From a virus (Duplodnaviria; Caudoviricetes), in the IMG/VR virus record IMGVR_UViG_3300032227_000475, positions 1 to 55,944 of that record: a DNA stretch of 55,944 nucleotides; one strand, 5' to 3'. Positions 48,202-55,944 of the stretch are shown piece after piece. Position numbers and translations under genes: made by a program. A model generated the notes under the pieces. It was not told the origin of the DNA and ran no database searches. It saw only the letters and a list, made by a program, of their open reading frames with translations. Position 1 is the stretch's first letter. The number at the start of each line of letters is the position of its first letter.

Positions 48202-49520
48202 GCTACAATAGTCCGTTCACGGGAAACGTCGTACAGCCGACTGATGTTTCATATGCGTCTTACGCATTAACATCCACCACTGGCACGATCCAGCTCGAAT
48301 GGCCAATAAATGGGTCGGTGAGCAATTACGTCGCTGCTCGTGTTATGCAGGTCAGCACGACGAGCACGGCTTACGAGTTGTGGATGCCGCCAGCCAATCA
48401 GTCTTCGGTTGGTCAGGATGCGCTGATTTACAACACTGGCGGCGTCACGCTGACGGTTAAGTCTTTTGGCGGCGCAAGCACGATTGTTTCCATCCCCTCG
48501 ACGGGTGGAAGTGCGCAATACATCTTCATCACCTCAAACGGGACCACGACTGGAACGTGGGGGGTGATTGCATTCGGGTCTACTACATCCCTTGCGACGG
48601 CCTCAGCGCTCGCCGGGTATGGGTTGGTTGCCATAGGGGCGACTCTGAATCAGACGACGCCAGTTACGTCGTTTGCGTCCACTTACACGCTGCTGGATTC
48701 CGACCGTGCTTCTACTTATGTGTGGACCGGCGGTGCTGGAACGTTAGGTCTGACTTCTGCGACTACGTTAGGGAACAATTGGTTTGCTTTTGTTCGCAAC
48801 GGCGGCAGCGGGACTCTGACGATTTCTCCGAGCGGTGGGAACCAGATCAATGGAGCGGCATCCATTGCGTTGCAGCCCTCTGATTCTTGTTTGATCGTTT
48901 GCTCTGGGACGGTTTTTTACACGATTGGTCTTGGGCAAGGGACTCAGTTTTCATTCACGCAGCTGACCAAGTCAGTTGCTCCCGGGGGTGCGTTCACTCT
49001 GACGAGCGTCGAGGCTGCCAACGTTATTCAAAAGTACACCGGGGCACTTTCATCGAATGTCACAGTGACGATGCCGCAGACGGTGCAGATCTATTATATC
49101 ACGAACCAGACAACGGGTCCATACACGATCACGTTCACGACCGGTGCTACTGGCGGTGCTACGGCGACTGTTCCAACCGCGCAGCAGATTATTCTGTTGT
49201 GTGATTCGGTGAACCTGTACAACGCCTCTACGATCGCTGCTGGGGCGACGGCGGTTACGTTATCGAACGGTGCGGTCGGCGCTCCTTCGTTGAGTTTTGC
49301 GAGCGAAACCAATACCGGCGTTTACCGACCTGCCTCGGGTGAGTTTGGGGTTTCGATTCTCGGGGTTCAGAGATTGAATGTAACTGCGACTGGGATCACT
49401 GTGACGGGTGATGGTGCGTTTTCTGGCGCGTTATCGGGAACTACGGGTACCTTTTCCGGTGCGGTTTCGGGAACTACGGGGACGTTCACGAGTGGTGTGT
49501 CTGGTGGGACTTTCCCGTGA
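48198..49520 (+). CDS. Tail spike/fibre-anchor protein
   Basis: Beta-rich, APSLSFASETNTGVY motif, ends GVSGGTFP. Confidence 0.65.
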   Translation: MSYNSPFTGNVVQPTDVSYASYALTSTTGTIQLEWPINGSVSNYVAARVMQVSTTSTAYELWMPPANQSSVGQDALIYNTGGVTLTVKSFGGASTIVSIPSTGGSAQYIFITSNGTTTGTWGVIAFGSTTSLATASALAGYGLVAIGATLNQTTPVTSFASTYTLLDSDRASTYVWTGGAGTLGLTSATTLGNNWFAFVRNGGSGTLTISPSGGNQINGAASIALQPSDSCLIVCSGTVFYTIGLGQGTQFSFTQLTKSVAPGGAFTLTSVEAANVIQKYTGALSSNVTVTMPQTVQIYYITNQTTGPYTITFTTGATGGATATVPTAQQIILLCDSVNLYNASTIAAGATAVTLSNGAVGAPSLSFASETNTGVYRPASGEFGVSILGVQRLNVTATGITVTGDGAFSGALSGTTGTFSGAVSGTTGTFTSGVSGGTFP

Positions 49521-51991
49521 CAGCAAAGGTATTTGCGTTAGACACAAAGTCTGGGATCCAGCGCGACGGAACCAACTTTGACAAAGAGTTTTACGTTGAT
49601 GGTCAGTGGGTAAGGTTCCAGCGCGGACGCCCGAGGAAGATTGGTGGGTATGCGGTTATATCGAGCCAGTTGAATGGCCCTTCTCGCGGGGTTTGGGTCA
49701 ATCCAAACAACGGCTTCAACCAAATCTTCAGCGGGTACAGCGGTGGGCTGCAGGCGCTGACCGTTGACAACAACGGGATCGGCGCTGGAGTTACAGATTA
49801 CACGCTGTCTAATTTTACGGATTCGTCCAACAATCTCTGGCAGTTTGACGGGTTTTATGACGTCGGAGGGTCTGGCGTAGCGTCAATTCTTGCTCATCCA
49901 GGTCAGAACCTAACTCAGACCGATTCAACGGTAAACACGCCGGTGTTAATCGGCGACATCAATGGCACGACACTCTCCCAGATTGGGACATTCACCGACG
50001 GCTACATATCGTTGAATTCGACGACTGAAGCTTCGAATATGATAACGAACACCGCGATCGGCGCAGGTCAGTCTGTGACGGGCACTGGGATTCCTTCTGG
50101 GACTACGGTGGAGTCGGTTGTGATTGCGAATGGAACGTTGAGCGGGGTGGCGGTCACGGGTATTGCTGGTCAGTGTTCGTGCACGAGCACGTCTGGTCTC
50201 TTCGTTGGACAGGCCATGCGAGTGACGGGCACGCTAACAGGCACCGCTACTGGGATTGCATCGGGTAGCACCTACTACATCATTGCGACCAACTACGCTA
50301 CGACTTTCACGCTTTCGGCGACTCTTGGTGGTTCCGCGATCACGACCACTGCCGGAACGACGACTGGTTTGGTGTTTACGATTGACAACTATCAGAAAAT
50401 CACTCTTTCGCAAGCCGCCACGATCAGTGGTGCTTCGACACTCACTTTCAACAACAATGTGTCGGTTTCTGGCGGCGTTGTTACGCTTCACCCTTATGTG
50501 TTTGTTTACGGCAATAATGGTTTCATCAAGAACTGCGCTGCGGGGAATGCGCAGGATTGGGTTTCAGCAGACGCCAACGAAGTCAACGTGGCTACGGGAA
50601 AGATCGTTCAGGGTTTGCCGGTGCGGGGTGGATCGAATGCGCCTTCTGGGTTGTTCTGGAGCTTGGACAGTTTGATTCGTGTTTCGTACATCGGCGGCAC
50701 TGGCACTCCGGTTCAATACTGGCGATACGACATCATCACGAGTCAATCCTCGATCCTTTCGAGCCAATCCGCGATCGAGTACGACGGGGTCTATTACTGG
50801 TGTGGTGTTGACCGGTTCCTGCTGTACAACGGCACAGTCAAAGAGATTCCGAACATGTTCAACCAGAACTATTTCTTCGACAACCTGAATTACAATCAGC
50901 GGCAGAAGGTTTGGGTTACCAAGATTCCGCGTTACGGCGAGATCTGGTGGTTCTACCCCCGTGGTGATGCGACTGAGTGCACGGATGCAATAATTTACAA
51001 CGTGCGTGAAGGGGTTTGGTACGACGCAGGTCAGGCGACTGGTTCTCGGCGCAGCGCGGGGTATTTCTCACAGGTGTTTGCGCACCCGGTAGCTGCTGGC
51101 TGGGAGACGCCGGAGCTTGACGTGGTTTACTCAGCGACGATGGCCACTTTGAATGGCAGTGTTGAGTTACCGCAGGTGACAGCTATAACGTCAATAGGTT
51201 TGACGCAGTTGATCACAGGCACCAACATTGCGACAGATGCTGAGGTTTCCGCTATTAGAAGTGACGGAGTCAGGACGCTCAACACTCTTGTTGGCGGTTC
51301 AGGATACGTTAACGGGACTTATACTAACGTCTCTCTCACTGGTGGTAGTGGGGCCGGTGCTAAAGCAACTATTGTAGTCGGCGGTGGCGCGGTGACTTCT
51401 GTGACTGTTACGACAGTCGGTGCTGGTTATCAAAACGGCAACACGCTAAGTGCTCCTAACACCAGTTTAGGGGGCACGGGGGCTGGTTTTTCGATCAATG
51501 TGAGCGCTCTGTACCCACAAGTGATTGTGATGTCTTTAGCGGCGATTGCAACGGGTTCTGCGACGGTTACGTTTACGACTAACCCGAATCTGATCAAGAT
51601 GTGGCAGCACGAGATCGGGACGGATGCGGTTGACGGTCAGGATGTGTTAGCTGTTAATTCGTACTTTGAAAGCAACGACCTTGGTTGGGTCTCTGGTGGA
51701 CCTTCTGAGCCTTCAAGGGTCGGTGAGAATCGCTGGTTGCGGTTGGAGCGTATTGAGCCTGACTTTATTCAGTCTGGCGAGATGACAGTTGTTGTGACAG
51801 GGAGGCCATTCGCTCAGGGCGGCGACGTTGAGTCGGTGGAGTATGTGTTTGGCCCGGACACTGGCAAGGTGGACATGAGGGAGCAGCGCCGAGAGTTGAG
51901 GGTTCGGTTCCGCTCGAATGTGGCTGGTGGTGATTACCAGCTCGGCCGACTGCTCCTGAGTGCGACGATCGGCGACGTGAGGCCTTACTAA
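49517..51991 (+). CDS. Tail nozzle / tail tubular protein B-like with inserted domains
   Basis: YVDGQWVRFQRGRPRKIGG, YYWCG.DRF..YNG.V, EIWWFYP, RIEPDF. Confidence 0.75.
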   Translation: MTAKVFALDTKSGIQRDGTNFDKEFYVDGQWVRFQRGRPRKIGGYAVISSQLNGPSRGVWVNPNNGFNQIFSGYSGGLQALTVDNNGIGAGVTDYTLSNFTDSSNNLWQFDGFYDVGGSGVASILAHPGQNLTQTDSTVNTPVLIGDINGTTLSQIGTFTDGYISLNSTTEASNMITNTAIGAGQSVTGTGIPSGTTVESVVIANGTLSGVAVTGIAGQCSCTSTSGLFVGQAMRVTGTLTGTATGIASGSTYYIIATNYATTFTLSATLGGSAITTTAGTTTGLVFTIDNYQKITLSQAATISGASTLTFNNNVSVSGGVVTLHPYVFVYGNNGFIKNCAAGNAQDWVSADANEVNVATGKIVQGLPVRGGSNAPSGLFWSLDSLIRVSYIGGTGTPVQYWRYDIITSQSSILSSQSAIEYDGVYYWCGVDRFLLYNGTVKEIPNMFNQNYFFDNLNYNQRQKVWVTKIPRYGEIWWFYPRGDATECTDAIIYNVREGVWYDAGQATGSRRSAGYFSQVFAHPVAAGWETPELDVVYSATMATLNGSVELPQVTAITSIGLTQLITGTNIATDAEVSAIRSDGVRTLNTLVGGSGYVNGTYTNVSLTGGSGAGAKATIVVGGGAVTSVTVTTVGAGYQNGNTLSAPNTSLGGTGAGFSINVSALYPQVIVMSLAAIATGSATVTFTTNPNLIKMWQHEIGTDAVDGQDVLAVNSYFESNDLGWVSGGPSEPSRVGENRWLRLERIEPDFIQSGEMTVVVTGRPFAQGGDVESVEYVFGPDTGKVDMREQRRELRVRFRSNVAGGDYQLGRLLLSATIGDVRPY

Positions 51992-52239
51992 TGGCTCAGG
52001 CTCTTGTCTACGACCCGAGGTATCATACTTTTGAGTCGTGGGCTGCGTTGATGTGTGAGCAGTACGCTGCGCAGCAGCTGGAGATCCCGACTGCTACGAC
52101 AGACTGGAAAACATGGGGCAACGGAATCAATGCGATCGATGTGTTCTCGAACGAAGCCATTCCGCACACGGAGAGCTATGAAAACTGGTACGACTGGGCT
52201 GCTGCCCTGCTCGGAACTGTAAACCCAGCGACAGGTTGA
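51991..52239 (+). CDS. Small Trp-rich tail-module protein
   Basis: DPR..TFESWA...W..W...WYDWA. Confidence 0.65.
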   Translation: MAQALVYDPRYHTFESWAALMCEQYAAQQLEIPTATTDWKTWGNGINAIDVFSNEAIPHTESYENWYDWAAALLGTVNPATG

Positions 52240-52240
52240 T

Positions 52241-55200
52241 ATGAATAGTTTTACGACTTCGCCTGAGTTTGCCAGGAATTACTTGACTAATGTCCGCGGA
52301 GTCGACGCTAGCGGCATGAATGACATGGACATGCTCGCCAAGCTGGTCGAGCTAAGTGGTGGCGATCGTGGTAGGTATGAAGGTGGTGATTGGTTCGATC
52401 CTAATGCTTATAACGCATCTAAAAGTGCACCCGCTGCAGTCGCGACTTCACCGTTGACTCAATCGGTTTCGAATTTTACAACAGACACGACGAATCCGAC
52501 TGGAGCTTTGGCGCAAGCCAACACAGCCAGTGGCCCGTACGCCAATTCGTATTACAATAATTCAAACTACGACGCGCAATACCAATCTCAACTCAATAAC
52601 GCAGCGCAACAACAGCAAGCTCAACAAAACTACGACGCAGCACAGCAAGCTCAGCAAAACTACGAAGCGCAATACCAAGCTCAGCTCAATCAGCCTAGCT
52701 ACGAGGAGCAGTACGGAAATCCGTATGCATACCAGAGCTACGAGTCGACGTACACGCCGCCCACCAGCCAGCCTGATTACTACAACTTCCAGTACAGCGA
52801 ACCAGCGAGTATCCCAAGTGCATTGACTGCGGCGAGCACTGCTGATTACAGCCCGATCGGTTCGGAGAGCTACACTTATACAGATGTGCCGGCTGCAGTG
52901 AATCAGTCTGGATCAACAAGTGGTGGTAGGTATGTAGCAGCTCCGGGTGGTGAAGGTGAAGTGTATGTGACTGACGACTCTACTCTTAAGTCGCTGAATC
53001 CGACCACCACTACGACAGCCAACAATCAATTATTCCAAGATCCCGCCGCTGCTTATGATTCTTTGGTGATGCAGCTGGGTGGGGCTAATCCTGCCAGCAA
53101 CGCAATTGCCAGAGGTCTTGTAGACCAAGGTATCTTTAGCCTTTTAGACATTGGCACCCGTCAGGTAAATGAAACGCACTACTACCCAGCGATTGACGAT
53201 GTTTCCCCTGAACGCACCGAAGAGGTGCCTGTAACTCAATTTTACAGCAAGTCTACGGGTGCTCTTATCAACCCTGAGCGGGTTGGGATAATTCAGAATG
53301 GCACCTATGGTGTCGATGGTGGTGACGTATTTTACAACTTGAGAGCTGACGCAAACGGTACCCCCACGATTGAAACTAAATTCAGCCCCCGCGCTCGTGG
53401 GTTTATTTGGGAAAACCCAGTCGGCCAACTCGCTCTGACTGCTGCTAAGTTCTTCCCCGCCACTGCTCCGTTTGCCTTCGGACTTGATGCTGCGCACTCA
53501 ATCGCGAATGAAGACTATTTGGGCGGTGCTCTCAATTTGGTTGGCGCTGCCAATGCTGGTCTAAATGCCGGCACTTTCATGCCGGACAGTGTTGCGTCCG
53601 ACGCTATGTCCGCGACAATTGGTGGTGTCCCTGCTGACGTATTCGCGGGAAACCTGCAAGGGACTCTTGGTCAGGTTTCCACAGGGCTGCAGTTAACTAA
53701 AGCGATCGATGATCAGCAGTGGGGGACTGTTTTCAATGCAGGGTCTAACCTATTAGGTGCTGGGAATGCACGGATCGGGAACACCGGATTCACCACGGCT
53801 GACGTTGGTCGGTTTGCTTCGATCGGTGCAAACATCGCTGACGGTCAATTGGGGAATGCAGCGATCACGTTGGCTCCCTACCTGAACAGCTCAGACGTTG
53901 AACTCGCGGGAAGAGCATTCAATCTTAACAAAGCAATTGAAAATTTCGATAAAACAGGAAACATCGTAGGTCTGGTAAACGCCACCAAAGACTTCGGTGC
54001 CGCTGCTTCGAAAGTAGCTGGAGCTGCCGCAGCGACCGTTGCACCGATTGTTGATGGGACTACACCTACCTTAGGAACAGTTTCCGGTGCAACAACACCA
54101 GCCACTGCAGGAGCAATCGCCCAGTCAACGGTTACGGGTGGCGCTGGCAATGACACCATGGCTGCCACACCCACTGCGGCGGCGAATACAACAGCTGTCA
54201 CTGCCCCTGCATTCGACACAAAACAGCTCGATAACCTTTCCAACATTGGCGCAACTGCATTCATAGCTGCTAAAGAATCAGGCGCATCTGATCAAGACGC
54301 GTACGAAACTGCTAAAGCTGTGACAGGCGGGATGGCGACCACAACACCCACCTTTACAACTACACCCACTACAGCAGCTGACACTTCGTTGAAGTCAGGC
54401 ACCGTAGGACCTGCTGAAACTCGCACCGCATCCGTGCCTGTTAAAACAGGAATTAAAACAACAGATTTAGACGTGTCAGATTGGATGCAAGGTGCAAGCA
54501 CTTTGTACGTGCCTCCTGCGCCTGAAAAGCCTCTGTATTACCTCGACAAAAGTCAACCGTACACTGGTCCTGGCGCATCGATTTTGAATGGTCTGGTTGC
54601 AATGGGTGAAACAATTGCAGCTGTGGGAACTTTAGGTGCAGAACAGGTTGTTCGAACAGCTGCGAGTGGAGCTAGTTTGTTTGGGAATGAGAGAGTTGCA
54701 AATGATTGGAGGAAAACTGCAGATCAGTTGAGAGCGACTGGTGAAGTTGCGCAAACTAAAACTGCGGAGGAGCAAAAAGCTAACATTTTAAACGCGAGCA
54801 AAGGTGCGAGTTCGATTCCAGAAGCTGTTTGGAATGTAATCAAAGCTGTAGGTGCAAACCCATTAGGAGCTATGAGTTTCGCTGCTGAAGAAGCGGTTTC
54901 TGAAGTTGTAGGTGGAGGTTTTGCTAAGGCTTTTGGACTTGCGACTAAATCACTCCTCGTTCAGAATGCAACTGACAAATTAGCCGACGGATTTGAAGCA
55001 GCATTGCAGTCGCGTGAAAGTACACGTACAGCTTTGATAAATCAAGGAAAGTCCGAAACAGAAGCGAGCAATGCTGGAAACACCGCTGCTGTGTTAGCTC
55101 TTATATCAAATGGAGTTGTAAATGGCCTTTTTGATACAAAAACCGCAGGCAAACTTTTTGGCGAGTACAGCAGCAATGCAGGGGTAAGAACTGCAGGTGC

Positions 55201-55944
55201 TGGTTTCCGTGAATTCGGCGCTGAGTTTAATGAAACGACGTTGACTACTTTAGGAGAAGCTCTTGCACAGGGTAAACCCATCACAGCTCAAACTGTAATT
55301 GACGCTTTTGGATCTGGCGCGGTAGGTGGGGTGACTGGTAAAATAGTAGCAGGCACCGCTCAAGCAACCACTGAGGCGAATAACGTAGGTGCGAACAAAA
55401 CAACACCGACTCCAACTCCGACTTTTCCACCTGGTGGTGGCGGTGGTTTTACTCCGACGCCGACTCCTACACCGACCACTCCGACCTCCACTCCGACGCC
55501 GACTTTCACTCCGACCACACCGACTTTCACTCCGACCTCCACTCCGACGCCGACTTTCACTCCGACCACACCGACTCCGACTTTCACTCCGACCACCCCC
55601 ACTGCAGTCACTGATTTGTCCTCTGGTGTAACAGGAGGTCTTACATCTGGCGGTTCGCTCGATGTCGTATTGGGCGACCACATCACGTCCGGTGCTGCGC
55701 AAGGTATCGACCCAACTACACTCATTCAATCTGGCGTTGAGGGTGCTGTAGCGGCGGGTACACCTCGAATTGATGCGATTGACGGTGTTATTAGTGCAGG
55801 GATCAATGCAGGGTTAGACCCTACACTTGTTATTGACACTGCATTGGGGGTGTTTACACCGACCCCCACACCGACGCCGACCCCCACACCGACGCCGACC
55901 CCCACACCGACGCCGACCCCCACACCGACGCCGACCCCCACACC
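52241..55944 (+). CDS. N-terminal ~1234 aa of giant virion/ejection protein; no stop before window end, continues at base 2
   Basis: ATG two bases after the upstream stop; missing from the ORF track, consistent with no in-frame stop; ends in TPTPTP in the same frame as 2..1156. Confidence 0.85.
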   Translation, partial: MNSFTTSPEFARNYLTNVRGVDASGMNDMDMLAKLVELSGGDRGRYEGGDWFDPNAYNASKSAPAAVATSPLTQSVSNFTTDTTNPTGALAQANTASGPYANSYYNNSNYDAQYQSQLNNAAQQQQAQQNYDAAQQAQQNYEAQYQAQLNQPSYEEQYGNPYAYQSYESTYTPPTSQPDYYNFQYSEPASIPSALTAASTADYSPIGSESYTYTDVPAAVNQSGSTSGGRYVAAPGGEGEVYVTDDSTLKSLNPTTTTTANNQLFQDPAAAYDSLVMQLGGANPASNAIARGLVDQGIFSLLDIGTRQVNETHYYPAIDDVSPERTEEVPVTQFYSKSTGALINPERVGIIQNGTYGVDGGDVFYNLRADANGTPTIETKFSPRARGFIWENPVGQLALTAAKFFPATAPFAFGLDAAHSIANEDYLGGALNLVGAANAGLNAGTFMPDSVASDAMSATIGGVPADVFAGNLQGTLGQVSTGLQLTKAIDDQQWGTVFNAGSNLLGAGNARIGNTGFTTADVGRFASIGANIADGQLGNAAITLAPYLNSSDVELAGRAFNLNKAIENFDKTGNIVGLVNATKDFGAAASKVAGAAAATVAPIVDGTTPTLGTVSGATTPATAGAIAQSTVTGGAGNDTMAATPTAAANTTAVTAPAFDTKQLDNLSNIGATAFIAAKESGASDQDAYETAKAVTGGMATTTPTFTTTPTTAADTSLKSGTVGPAETRTASVPVKTGIKTTDLDVSDWMQGASTLYVPPAPEKPLYYLDKSQPYTGPGASILNGLVAMGETIAAVGTLGAEQVVRTAASGASLFGNERVANDWRKTADQLRATGEVAQTKTAEEQKANILNASKGASSIPEAVWNVIKAVGANPLGAMSFAAEEAVSEVVGGGFAKAFGLATKSLLVQNATDKLADGFEAALQSRESTRTALINQGKSETEASNAGNTAAVLALISNGVVNGLFDTKTAGKLFGEYSSNAGVRTAGAGFREFGAEFNETTLTTLGEALAQGKPITAQTVIDAFGSGAVGGVTGKIVAGTAQATTEANNVGANKTTPTPTPTFPPGGGGGFTPTPTPTPTTPTSTPTPTFTPTTPTFTPTSTPTPTFTPTTPTPTFTPTTPTAVTDLSSGVTGGLTSGGSLDVVLGDHITSGAAQGIDPTTLIQSGVEGAVAAGTPRIDAIDGVISAGINAGLDPTLVIDTALGVFTPTPTPTPTPTPTPTPTPTPTPTPTPTPT
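55400..55605 (+). repeat. Internal Pro-Thr(-Phe) repeat tract
   Basis: actccgac/ccgactttcactccgac units encoding TPTFTPTTP. Confidence 0.85.
55855..55944 (+). repeat. Perfect 18-bp Pro-Thr tandem repeat running off the window end
   Basis: (acaccgacgccgaccccc)n, same unit as window start. Confidence 0.95.

Larger units (their letters stand above)
1..55944. mobile_element. Near-complete tailed dsDNA phage genome (podovirus-like, apparently lytic), circularly permuted and broken inside a tandem repeat
   Basis: Terminase, portal, capsid, fibres, lysin/holin and replication genes; both ends lie in the same CCC(C/T)ACACCGACGCCGAC repeat and the same reading frame; no integrase seen. Confidence 0.93.

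Noticed and set aside
1-55944. Stop-codon reassignment, tRNAs, integrase/repressor, phage RNA polymerase, introns/inteins
   Set aside because: Genes are intact and densely packed under the standard code; no cloverleaf, recombinase, RNAP or intein motifs seen by eye (tRNAscan-SE and HMM searches would be needed to exclude them fully)

Overview
The window looks like an essentially complete, circularly permuted ~56 kb tailed dsDNA phage genome of podovirus-like layout (portal, Mu-gpT-like capsid, adaptor/nozzle, several fibres, terminal ejection proteins; no tape measure, sheath, integrase or RNA polymerase recognised). Both ends fall inside a Pro-Thr tandem repeat of one giant ORF that starts at 52241, runs off the right end and resumes in the same frame at 2-1156. 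A leftward operon, driven by three near-identical sigma70 promoters at 13.6-14.7 kb, encodes DUF932, a flavoprotein, a divergent ThyX, a HAD phosphatase, a DUF6378/MazG-like protein, DnaQ and a C-family (DnaE) polymerase. A rightward replication arm encodes a VRR-NUC-like nuclease, SNF2 helicase, DUF2800, DUF2815 SSB and primase-helicase, then an iteron-like array and the morphogenesis/lysis arm. The two best candidates for undescribed biology are (1) a ThyX-variant/flavoenzyme/DnaE cassette that may make and incorporate a modified nucleotide and (2) a [YFML]-[AK]-x-G-G motif spread over several probable virion-internal proteins, including an apparent polyprotein and an ART-like cargo, suggesting a double-glycine processing or packaging code. 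All family assignments come from motif recognition by eye, not database searches.
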